Both the position numbers and the translations under genes were made by a program. Shown here piece by piece: positions 1 through 8,438 of a stretch of 26,186 bases of DNA; positions within the stretch are counted from its first letter, which is position 1; every line of letters begins with the position of its first letter. Location: the NCBI GenBank assembly GCA_964509045.1, contig CAZDYB010000001.1, forward strand, positions 5,083-31,268. The letters run 5' to 3'. Origin of the DNA: an uncultured Akkermansia sp. Its GTDB lineage: Bacteria > Verrucomicrobiota > Verrucomicrobiia > Limisphaerales > UBA9464. Below the pieces are notes generated by a model. It made no database searches. It was not told where the DNA came from and saw nothing but the letters and a program-made list of their open reading frames with translations.

Positions 1-73
1 GCCAGGAAGATGCCAGAACGGGCGTGGCACCACACAGGATCCCAGTTAATAGGATTGGAAGTAGGGCATTCAT
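1..73 (-). CDS. 5' end of a secreted protein (runs off the window edge)
   Basis: Not in the ORF track. The reverse strand from ATG at 73 reads MNALLPILLTGILCGATPVLASSW with no stop before base 1. It has a hydrophobic core and a VLA-S cleavage-like site. GAGAG lies just upstream. Confidence 0.55.
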   Translation of the reverse strand, partial: MNALLPILLTGILCGATPVLASSW

Positions 74-194
74 GGCTCTCGGGGTGACGGCTTCCTACGT
101 ACATAGACATGGGCTTTCAGTCCAGCCCAATATTTGGGCAATCAAGAGCCACAGATAGGGAGAGAGCGAAACCGAGAAACCCGGAGAGGGGCTG

Positions 195-319
195 GCCGCA
201 GATTTCGCTGATTACACAGATTGATCCTTCGTGGCTTCGTGCCTTCGTGTGAGGTTCCCCCCTGATTCTGCGTCGGGACGGAGGGAGCATTCACCACAGA
301 GGACACAGCGAGCACAGAG
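195..319. repeat. Cluster of three short triple tandem repeats in the intergenic region
   Basis: gccgcagat/ttcgctgat/tacacagat (195-221, 9-bp period); cttcgtgg/cttcgtgc/cttcgtgt (227-250, 8-bp period); accacagag/gacacagcg/agcacagag (293-319, 9-bp period). Confidence 0.7.
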
Positions 320-451
320 AGGGACTCAGTGGCGCGGTCCGATTGTCGGCTTGGCGTTCCACATCCCGGAGGAATGCCGGCCAGGAGCCAGGGTTGAGCC
401 GCCCAGTCCCGCATTGCCAGACCTCGGCAAATCCCGTCGCATCGCCGGAAC

Positions 452-2488
452 ATGAAGCACGGTCCCGCCTTTCTCCTCGCCCTCGGTCTGGCCCTGGTTC
501 CCAGCGCCCGTGCCGCCGAGGTCGCCGCGCCGATCCCACCCCGGTTCAGTGTGGCCCTCATGGACACCAACGCGGATCCACGCGCTGATTTCCGCCAGTT
601 CGCCTTTGGCCGTTGGGCCCGGGAAAATCCGATTCCCGCCGACAAGGCCCGATGGAGCGGTTTCGAGGAACTCTCCCAGTTCAACTGGGCCGCCCTCCGC
701 AGCATCCTTGAGACCGTGTCCGCCGGTTCCCATCCGGCCGGCTCCGTGGAACAGAAGGTCGGCGACTTCTTTGCCTCGGCCATGGATGAAGGCGCAATCA
801 ACGCCGCCGGACTCAAGCCGATCGAAGCCGATCTTGCCCGCATCGAGGCCATCGCCGGTGCGGAGGATCTCGTCCGGGTCGTGGCATCACTGCACAACCT
901 GGGAGCCGGCGCCCTGTTCAGCTCCTATGTCTATGCCGACCAGAAGAACAGCGGGGTCAACGGGCTCTACGCAGTCCAGGGCGGGATGAGCCTCCCCAGC
1001 CGTGACTACTACTTCAGTCCGCAGTTCGAGAAGCAGCGCACCGCGTTCGTCGGCCATGTCGCCATCCTGCTCATCCTCGCCGGCGATTCCCCCGAGGACG
1101 CCGCGGCCCATGCACGCACGGTGTTCGAGGTGGAAAAGTCCCTTGCTGAAAATGCCAGGACCCCGGTCGAACTCCGCGACCGTCTCGCCAACTACAACAA
1201 GATGCCCGGGTCCGAACTCGCCGGGAAACTCGCCGCCTTCCCCCTCGCCCTCTACCTGACCGAACGCGGCATCGGAACCGCGATCGATGGCGACATCATC
1301 GTCGGTCAACCCCGGTTTTTTGAAGGCCTCCAGGAACAGCTCGCTGCCCGGCCCCTGTCCGAGTGGAAGACTTATCTCCGGTACAAGACGCTGGCTGATG
1401 CCGCCCCCTTGCTGCCCGCAGCGTTCGAGCAGGAACATTTCCGATTCTACTCCACCATCCTCCGCGGCACCCCCGCCATGGAACCCCGATGGCAACGCGC
1501 CGCCCGGATGGTTGACGGCGGGATCGGCGAAGCCCTCGGCCAACTCTATGTCGCCCGGTATTACCCGCCCGAGGCCAAGGCCCGCATGGACGAAATGATC
1601 TCCAACATCCAGGTCGTCATGCGCGAGCGACTCCAGAAACTCGACTGGATGACCGAGGCCACCCGGCAGAAGGCGCTCGCCAAGTTCGACCGTTTCCAGG
1701 CCCGCATCGGTCATCCCGACCGGTTCCGCGACTACTCCACCGTGGCCATCCGACGCGACGATCTCTTCGGCAATGTGCGGGCTTCGACCCAATTCGAAAC
1801 GAAACGGAACCTGGCCAAGCTCGGCAAACCGGTGGACAAGTCCGAATGGGGAATGACGCCGCCCACCGTCAACGCCTACTTCCAGGCCACCGCCAATCAG
1901 ATCGTCTTCCCCGCCGGCATCCTCCAGCCGCCCTTCTTCGATTTCACCCTCGATGACGCCGTCAATTACGGCGCGATCGGCGCGGTCATCGGGCATGAGA
2001 TCACCCACGGATTCGATGACCAGGGCCGCCGTTACGATGCCGAGGGCAACCTCGCCGATTGGTGGCAGCCGGAGGATGCCGAGAAGTTCACCGCGCGCGC
2101 CGCCGCCCTCATCGAGCAGTACAACAACTACACCGCGTTGCCCGGGCTCAACGTGAATGGCGCCCTTTCACTCGGCGAAAACATCGCCGATCTCGGCGGC
2201 ACCTCGATTGCCTTCGAAGCCCTGCAACGTTCCCTCGCCAACAAACGGGTCCCGCTCATCGATGGATTCACCCCGGAACAACGCTTCTTCCTTTCCTGGG
2301 CCCAACAATGGCGCACCCAGTTCCGCGAAGAAGCCCTCCGTCGTCAGGTCGCTGTCGGACCCCATTCCCCCGGGATGTTCCGTGCCATCGGTCCCATCTC
2401 CAACATGGCCGAGTTCTACCAGGCCTTCGGGATCAAGGAAGGCGATCCCATGTGGCGCCCAGTCTCGGTCCGGGTGAAGATCTGGTAG
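452..2488 (+). CDS. Secreted M13 family (neprilysin/PepO-like) zinc metallopeptidase, 678 aa
   Basis: Signal peptide MKHGPAFLLALGLALVPSARA; VNAYF, HEITH (HExxH), GENIADLGG and HSP motifs in the M13 order. Confidence 0.96.
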   Translation: MKHGPAFLLALGLALVPSARAAEVAAPIPPRFSVALMDTNADPRADFRQFAFGRWARENPIPADKARWSGFEELSQFNWAALRSILETVSAGSHPAGSVEQKVGDFFASAMDEGAINAAGLKPIEADLARIEAIAGAEDLVRVVASLHNLGAGALFSSYVYADQKNSGVNGLYAVQGGMSLPSRDYYFSPQFEKQRTAFVGHVAILLILAGDSPEDAAAHARTVFEVEKSLAENARTPVELRDRLANYNKMPGSELAGKLAAFPLALYLTERGIGTAIDGDIIVGQPRFFEGLQEQLAARPLSEWKTYLRYKTLADAAPLLPAAFEQEHFRFYSTILRGTPAMEPRWQRAARMVDGGIGEALGQLYVARYYPPEAKARMDEMISNIQVVMRERLQKLDWMTEATRQKALAKFDRFQARIGHPDRFRDYSTVAIRRDDLFGNVRASTQFETKRNLAKLGKPVDKSEWGMTPPTVNAYFQATANQIVFPAGILQPPFFDFTLDDAVNYGAIGAVIGHEITHGFDDQGRRYDAEGNLADWWQPEDAEKFTARAAALIEQYNNYTALPGLNVNGALSLGENIADLGGTSIAFEALQRSLANKRVPLIDGFTPEQRFFLSWAQQWRTQFREEALRRQVAVGPHSPGMFRAIGPISNMAEFYQAFGIKEGDPMWRPVSVRVKIW

Positions 2489-2588
2489 GGCGGTCACACC
2501 ATCGAATCGACGCTCTGAACCCGGCGCACACCTCGCGTGCGTGGACCCGCTTCACCCACCTCGGCATCCATCGCGTCCTTCCGCCCAA

Positions 2589-2630
2589 ACGCTCAACTTC
2601 GTGTTGCACCTGCAACACGAAGTTGAGCGT
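2589..2630. repeat. Perfect long palindrome (20-bp arms, 2-nt CC centre), REP-like, copy 1
   Basis: acgctcaacttcgtgttgca-cc-tgcaacacgaagttgagcgt. The core 2593-2626 is identical to 25989-26022. Lies between convergent genes. Confidence 0.9.
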
Positions 2631-2829
2631 CTCGCCGCGGCAAATGGCAGGAGGGATGCCCGCCGTGGCGGCTGTCCACGAGAATCGATGGAGAGCCGAA
2701 TGACAGGATTCGAACTGCAAAGGAGGCCTGAGGAACCGAATGGGACTGTTTGCGGCCAGAGATGGCTTCCAAACGGGTTGCCACCCTCCTTCGTGTCTCC
2801 TTTTGGACGTCCTTCGAGGCTCACCCGGG

Positions 2830-3927
2830 TCACGGCCCGGTCGGAATCGTCAGCAAAGGCTGGCGTCCGTTGCCGGTCGCGGTCTGGAGGGAGAACAGCG
2901 TGTGCAACAGGGCGAACGCAACCCGCGATTGGACATCGTTCTCCTCCAGATAGAACCAGTGATCCCGGTGAAAGATCTTCACCGCGGCCTTGTCCGGACG
3001 CGAAGCCGATTGTCGGATGTGGAAGTAGCGGAGGGCGGGTTCCAGGAACGGGACCGCCTGTCCACTGGTCCCGCGCAACATCGGGACAATCCCGGCCGCG
3101 GCATGGGCGGGCGGCACTTCAATCCCCTTTGCCATGAAACCCATCACCGCCGCCAGGGACCGGGCATCGATGGCGATCTCATCGGGCCCCTGCGCATGGC
3201 CGCCGTTCCGCAGCAGGAAATCCTTTCGTTCCATGTCCATCTTCAGAGCGTCCCGGATATAGAACGCGTCTGGAATGACGGCGTTGTTGGTGATTGCCCG
3301 GGGGAACAACCGGATCCGATGACCACCCCCATTGGTGGCCAACTCCAGGCTGAGGCTGAGTTCACCCATGCGCTGAAAGGTCCGGAGTTTCCGGGCGACG
3401 TTCTCGAACACCTCGAACCGGGGATGATCCGAGGGGGCAAGCCCGGCGGATTCAACGGCATTCTCCACTCCATTGATCCGCTGGACACAGACCATCAGCA
3501 GGAGATCGATGGGCCAACCCGACTGGGAAAGGAGCACGATGGTCTCGGCAGGAATCGGGGAGAGGAGACGGCGTGCGAACTGTTCTCCCTGAAGCGGGGT
3601 GTAAGTGATGGTCGGACGCTCGGCATAGGTGAACCCGGCGCCAACCGGCAGGCGTTGGGTGGAACGGGGACCGCTGATGATGGGGTCCGCCCCGATGTTG
3701 CCGCGTCCCTCGATGGAGTACTGGACCACGACATTGCCCATCTCGAGGAAGAGGGGGGTGTCGACGTACCGGGTTCGGACGAGGTTGAGCAGGAGTTGTT
3801 CGTCGAGTGAACGGACGATCTGCTGGTTGTAATCGAGGTTCTCGCTGCGGATGAGGTTCGGCCCGATGCCCGTGGCGCATCCACCCCAGAGAAAACCCAG
3901 ACCCAGCAACAACACGATTCGCCACAT
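2830..3927 (-). CDS. Conserved hypothetical lipoprotein, about 365 aa
   Basis: From ATG 3927: MWRIVLLLGLGFLWGGC (lipobox-like Cys), then YNQQIVRSLDEQLLLNLVRTRY and ERPTITYTPLQGEQF. The ORF-track start at 3975 only adds 16 residues ahead of the signal peptide. Confidence 0.8.
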   Translation of the reverse strand: MWRIVLLLGLGFLWGGCATGIGPNLIRSENLDYNQQIVRSLDEQLLLNLVRTRYVDTPLFLEMGNVVVQYSIEGRGNIGADPIISGPRSTQRLPVGAGFTYAERPTITYTPLQGEQFARRLLSPIPAETIVLLSQSGWPIDLLLMVCVQRINGVENAVESAGLAPSDHPRFEVFENVARKLRTFQRMGELSLSLELATNGGGHRIRLFPRAITNNAVIPDAFYIRDALKMDMERKDFLLRNGGHAQGPDEIAIDARSLAAVMGFMAKGIEVPPAHAAAGIVPMLRGTSGQAVPFLEPALRYFHIRQSASRPDKAAVKIFHRDHWFYLEENDVQSRVAFALLHTLFSLQTATGNGRQPLLTIPTGP

Positions 3928-4138
3928 CGGGGACGATGGGACCAGATCGATGGCAGGGAGGGAAGACCGCGCCATAAGCCGTCACGCCAACCGAACGTCG
4001 CCGCTCCATCCACACGGGGCGGCGAGTGCCACTCGCCGCACTCATTCGCCAACGGCGCCCGAACGTCGCCGCTTGCCGTCCCGATTCCCATCCGTCCGCG
4101 GCTTGATTCCTCGTGCGACCTCCGCGAGCGTCGGCCCC

Positions 4139-5728
4139 TTGCGTTTCAATCCCTCCAGTCTGGGCTGGGCGATGGCCATCCTGCTGGCTGTCGGCCAGTG
4201 GCCTGCATCCGCCTCCGGGACGGATCGTTGGTGGGGACCGTTGTTCAGCGAGTACGAGCTTACGGTAAACCCGGGCCGGGGCACCGAGGCCCTGGGCCCG
4301 ATCTGGGGCACGGAGAAGACCGATGAACTTTCCCTGTGGCGGATCTCCCCATTGATCTCCGGGGTGAGGGAACCGGATCTCGAACGGACCGAGTGGGAAT
4401 TCGTCTATCCGCTGGCCACCTACGACCGGTTCGGGACGGAGTGGCGGCTTCAGATCTTCCAGATGCTCAACTTCGCCGGATCCGAGTCCCTGGATGGCGA
4501 GGTCAAGCGTCGGCAGACGTTGTTCCCCCTGTATTTCCGGCAACAGACCAGTTCCGGGACCAACGACTACCTCGCGATCCTTCCGATTTACGGACACCTG
4601 AAGAACCGTCTGTTCCGGGATGAGGTGAAGTTCCTGCTGGTACCGCTCTGGGCGCAGACCCGGAAGCGGGGAGTCACCACCGACAATTATCTCCTCCCCT
4701 TCTTCCATGTCCGACACGGGGGCGGGGTCACGGGCTGGCAATTCTGGCCGGTGGTTGGATCCGAGACCAAGGTCATCACCCAGCGCACCAATGTCCTGGA
4801 CGAACTCGAACAGGTCCCGGGACATCGCCGCCACTTCTTCGCCTGGCCCCTGTTCTTCAGCGAGACCACGGGGATCGGCGGAGCCAACCCGGCCACCAAC
4901 CTCTACGCATTCCCCTTCCACCTGCGCACCCGGTCGCCCGCCATGGACTACGATTGGTGGCTGTTTTTCAGTCACCGGACCAATCGGGTTGCCCGCTACG
5001 AGGAATGGGCTGCCCCCTGGCCGTTCATTGGAAAGGCGCGTGGACCGGGCAAACGGGCGCTGCGTTTCTGGCCCCTCTGGGGTCGCGCCACTTCCGGCAC
5101 CCTGACCAGCGACTTCGTTGCCTGGCCATTCTACGTCCACAAGAAGCTGGATTCACCACCACTGGAGCGCGAACGCCACCGGTTCCTCTACTTCGCCTAC
5201 AGCAACATCCGGGAGGAAGACATGGAGACCGGACGCGCCTTCCGTCGTCGCGATCTCTGGCCCCTGTTCACCTGGCGCCATGAGAAGGACGGAAGCGAAC
5301 GTTTGCAGGTGCTCGCGCCCATCGAGGGAATCCTTCCCCACAACAAGAGCATCGAACGCCTTTACAGCCCGCTCTGGTCGATCTGGCGTCAGGAGACCCG
5401 GCCCGCCACCGATTCCCGTTCCCAATCCTTCCTGTGGAACCTTTGGCGGCGTGAACAACGGGCCGGACACTCCCGAACCAGCCTGTTCTTCGGTGCCGTC
5501 CAGACCTCCAAGGCTCCGGATCAACGCCGCACCTGGCACGTGTTCGGCATCGGTCCCCGTCCCGTTCCATCCACACCCTCCCAGAACCAACCGCCGGTTG
5601 CCCCCCCCGCCCCGGCAAGGTCAGGGGGCGAGGATTCCCAGCCCCGGACCGGATCGACTTCCCATGGGGGACAAACATCGGGGAATGGGCAAATGCCCCG
5701 GCATCTGCTTGTCTTCAGGGGTCACTGA
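4139..5728 (+). CDS. Secreted protein with repeated aromatic/hydrophobic-Pro motifs (WP/FP-rich), about 529 aa, function unknown
   Basis: Part of ORF 3851-5728. An in-frame TTG at 4139 gives the signal peptide MRFNPSSLGWAMAILLAVGQWPASA (alternative ATG at 4172). About 17 xxP-phi-phi motifs. The stop is 1 nt before the mlaE ATG. Confidence 0.8.
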   Translation: MRFNPSSLGWAMAILLAVGQWPASASGTDRWWGPLFSEYELTVNPGRGTEALGPIWGTEKTDELSLWRISPLISGVREPDLERTEWEFVYPLATYDRFGTEWRLQIFQMLNFAGSESLDGEVKRRQTLFPLYFRQQTSSGTNDYLAILPIYGHLKNRLFRDEVKFLLVPLWAQTRKRGVTTDNYLLPFFHVRHGGGVTGWQFWPVVGSETKVITQRTNVLDELEQVPGHRRHFFAWPLFFSETTGIGGANPATNLYAFPFHLRTRSPAMDYDWWLFFSHRTNRVARYEEWAAPWPFIGKARGPGKRALRFWPLWGRATSGTLTSDFVAWPFYVHKKLDSPPLERERHRFLYFAYSNIREEDMETGRAFRRRDLWPLFTWRHEKDGSERLQVLAPIEGILPHNKSIERLYSPLWSIWRQETRPATDSRSQSFLWNLWRREQRAGHSRTSLFFGAVQTSKAPDQRRTWHVFGIGPRPVPSTPSQNQPPVAPPAPARSGGEDSQPRTGSTSHGGQTSGNGQMPRHLLVFRGH

Positions 5729-5729
5729 C

Positions 5730-6476
5730 ATGTTTCGCGAACTCGGCCAGATGCTCATGCTCTTCGGCGCCACCCTCCGGGCGTTGCCGGGATTCCTTCG
5801 TCGCCGCCGTTCCATCGGTGAACAGATCTTCGAGATCGGCAATGCCAGCCTGCTCATGGCCTGCATGCTCTCGTTCTTCATCGGCGGCGTCCTCGTCCTC
5901 CAGGCCGGCTCCGTCCTCGTCGAACGTGGCCTCGGTTCCCAACTGGGCGGCCTGGTCGGCATCTCCCTCTGCAAGGAACTTGCCCCGGTCATGATGGCCA
6001 TCCTCCTCGCCGGTCGCGTCGGCTCCGCCATGGCCGCCGAACTCGGTTCCATGCAGGTCTACCAGGAAGTGGATGCCCTCCGCACCCTCAACATCGAGCC
6101 CATCGATTACCTCGTCCTCCCCCGCATCGTCGCCATCACCATCGCCCTCCCCGCCCTCGTCGTGTTCTCCAACCTCGTCGGATGGCTCGGTGGCGCCGCC
6201 GTCGCCAGCTTCAATGCCGACATCGGCATCCCTGCGGCCACCTTCTTCTCCAACCTCCGCGAGGTCGTCGACACCTGGGACATCGCCCACGGCCTCATCA
6301 AGGCCTTCGTCTTCGCCATCGCCGTCGGCACCGTCTGCTGTCATCAGGGCCTCCAGACCCGCGGCGGCCCCCGCGGAGTCGGCCGTTCCGTCACCAAGGC
6401 CGTCACCAATTCCATCGTCCTGGTCCTCCTCCTCGACTACGTCCTCACCCGCCTCCTCCAACCCTTCGACGCATGA
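5730..6476 (+). CDS. mlaE: MlaE family Mce/Mla ABC transporter permease, 248 aa
   Basis: KELAPVMMAILLAGRVGSAMAAELGSMQVYQEVDALRTLNIEPIDYLVLPRI and GVGRSVTKAV motifs; multiple TM segments; ATG at 5730 within ORF 5118-6476. Confidence 0.95.
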   Translation: MFRELGQMLMLFGATLRALPGFLRRRRSIGEQIFEIGNASLLMACMLSFFIGGVLVLQAGSVLVERGLGSQLGGLVGISLCKELAPVMMAILLAGRVGSAMAAELGSMQVYQEVDALRTLNIEPIDYLVLPRIVAITIALPALVVFSNLVGWLGGAAVASFNADIGIPAATFFSNLREVVDTWDIAHGLIKAFVFAIAVGTVCCHQGLQTRGGPRGVGRSVTKAVTNSIVLVLLLDYVLTRLLQPFDA

Positions 6477-7249
6477 CGCCCGCCCCCAGCCCGGCCCCAT
6501 CCGTCGCCTCCACCCACGGCGGCCTCCAGGTCACCGTCCGTGACCTCCGCAAGAGCTATCGCCAGCAGGAAGTCCTGCGCGGACTCGACCTCGAGATCGC
6601 CCCCGCCGAAATCTTCGTCCTCATGGGCCCCAGCGGCTCCGGCAAGTCCGTCTTCCTCCGTCACCTCATCGGCCTCGAATCCCCCGACAGCGGCGAGGTG
6701 CGCATCCAGGGGGAGCTTCTGGCCGACGACTTCCGGGATCGGTTTCGGATGGCCATGGTGTTCCAGAGCGGCGGCCTGCTGAGTTCCCTCACCGTCGCCC
6801 AGAACGTCGGGCTTTACCTCTCCGAACACCGACTCCGTCCACCCGCTGAAATCAAGGCGGTCGTCGCCGAGAAACTCGCCCTGGTCCAGTTGCCCGAAGG
6901 CACCGCCGACAAATATCCCACCGAACTGTCCGGCGGCATGCGCCGGCGCGTCGCCATCGCCCGCGCCCTCACCATGGATCCCCAGTTGATCCTGTTCGAC
7001 GAACCCACCGCCGAACTCGATCCCCTGGTCGCCCTGACCATCGGACGCGAGATCGTCGCCCTCAACCGTCGAACCCACGCCACCACCCTCGTCGTCACCC
7101 ACGACCGCGACCTCGCCTTCGGCATCGCCCATCGCATCGGATTCCTCGTCGATGGCCGCATCGTCGCCGTCGGTTCCCCCACCGAGATCCGCTCCCATCC
7201 CCTTCCCCTCCTCCAACAATTCCTTGCCGCAGATTTCACCCCGCAGTGA
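6473..7249 (+). CDS. mlaF: MlaF family ABC ATP-binding protein, 258 aa
   Basis: Walker A GPSGSGKS, signature LSGGMRRRVAIARAL, Walker B ILFDEPT, H-loop VVTHD; ATGA overlap with the mlaE stop. Confidence 0.94.
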   Translation: MTPAPSPAPSVASTHGGLQVTVRDLRKSYRQQEVLRGLDLEIAPAEIFVLMGPSGSGKSVFLRHLIGLESPDSGEVRIQGELLADDFRDRFRMAMVFQSGGLLSSLTVAQNVGLYLSEHRLRPPAEIKAVVAEKLALVQLPEGTADKYPTELSGGMRRRVAIARALTMDPQLILFDEPTAELDPLVALTIGREIVALNRRTHATTLVVTHDRDLAFGIAHRIGFLVDGRIVAVGSPTEIRSHPLPLLQQFLAADFTPQ

Positions 7250-7294
7250 TGTACTCCCCTGCGGGAACCCATTTCCCTTCCCACGCCTGTCACC

Positions 7295-8287
7295 ATGCGC
7301 AACTCGCTTGAAACCCGACTCGGCATCTTCGCCGCCCTCGTCGTTGTCGGTGCCTTCCTCCTCCTCGAAGTCGGCGGCGGCCTCAACTGGTTCAAGGGCG
7401 GTCGCACCGTCCGCGCCCGCTTCAATTCCGTCCAGGACCTGAAGCCCGGCGACCCCGTCAAACTCGGCGGTGTTCCCGTCGGCCGCGTCTCCCGCATCGC
7501 CCTCGCCGAAGACAAGGTCGAGGTCACCCTCCGCATCGATTCGGATGCCCAGGTCCGGACCGACAGCGCCGCCACCATCCGCTTCACCGGACTCATGGGA
7601 CAGAACTTCGTCGCCCTCGACTTCGGCACCCCGGGCGCTCCCATTGCCGAGGCCGATGCCCTCCTCGCCACGCGCGAACAACCCGATCTCGCCTCGCTCA
7701 TGGACCGTCTCCAGGGCGTGGCCGATGGCGTCCAGAACATGACCAAGTCCTTCTCCGGTGAAGATTTCTCCAAGCTCCTCGGCCCCGTCACCGAACTCCT
7801 CAAGGACAATCAACCCCGCATCAACTCCATCCTCTCCAACGTCCAGTCCGTCGCCACCCAGGTCGCCGAGGGTCGTGGCACCGTCGGTCGCCTCATCTTC
7901 GACGACACCCTGCATCGCAATGCCCTCGGAATGGCCACCAACCTCAATGACCTGGCCGCCGATGCGAAGGTCATGATGACCGACACCCGGGCACTGGTGG
8001 ACGACACCCGCAAGGTGGTCGCGTCGGTCGATCGCGGTGAGGGAAGCGTCGGCAAACTGCTGCGCGACGACACCCTGGCCCGTGAACTCACCTCCGCGTC
8101 CACCGCCCTGCGCGAGATCCTCACCAAGATCAACAGCGGCCAGGGAAGCGTCGGCAAGCTCGTCAATGACGAGACCTTCCTCCGCAACATCAAGATGACC
8201 TTGCAGAAGGTCGACAAGGCCACCGAGGGCCTCGAAGACACCGGCCCCCTCAACGTCCTCGGCACCGCCGTCCAGACCCTGTTCTGA
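7295..8287 (+). CDS. mlaD: MlaD/MCE-domain protein with a long helical C-terminal extension, 330 aa
   Basis: N-terminal TM anchor; MCE motifs LKPGDPVKLGGVPVGRV and FTGLMGQNFVAL; three GxG(T/S)VG(R/K)LxxD(D/E) repeats. Confidence 0.93.
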   Translation: MRNSLETRLGIFAALVVVGAFLLLEVGGGLNWFKGGRTVRARFNSVQDLKPGDPVKLGGVPVGRVSRIALAEDKVEVTLRIDSDAQVRTDSAATIRFTGLMGQNFVALDFGTPGAPIAEADALLATREQPDLASLMDRLQGVADGVQNMTKSFSGEDFSKLLGPVTELLKDNQPRINSILSNVQSVATQVAEGRGTVGRLIFDDTLHRNALGMATNLNDLAADAKVMMTDTRALVDDTRKVVASVDRGEGSVGKLLRDDTLARELTSASTALREILTKINSGQGSVGKLVNDETFLRNIKMTLQKVDKATEGLEDTGPLNVLGTAVQTLF

Positions 8288-8381
8288 TCCCTGCGGTTCG
8301 GAGCAGAGACGTCCGGTCGACGTTGAACCGGATCCATGCAGTAGGGCGGGAGTGGGCGAGGAGCCTGTCAAAACACCATTT

Positions 8382-8400
8382 CGGCGGGTGACACCCGCCG
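8382..8400. terminator. Possible terminator hairpin between the convergent mlaD and kinase genes
   Basis: cggcgggtg-a-cacccgccg, a GC-rich inverted repeat. The U-tract is weak on both strands. Confidence 0.35.
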
Positions 8401-8438
8401 CTCCAGCTGCCCAACGCGATCACACCCCGACCCCTCCG

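Noticed and set aside
2591-2628. Integron attC site (GCTCAAC...GTTGAGC fits RYYYAAC...GTTRRRY)
   Set aside because: It is only 38 bp, below the usual attC size, and is a perfect stem without extrahelical bases. Copy 2 (CATCAAC...GTTGATG) breaks the consensus, and there is no intI or cassette array.
2485-8349. GTAGGGCGG at 2485-2493 and 8341-8349 as REP feet
   Set aside because: Neither is followed directly by a matching palindrome, one includes the peptidase stop codon, and a 9-mer match is plausible by chance in high-GC DNA.
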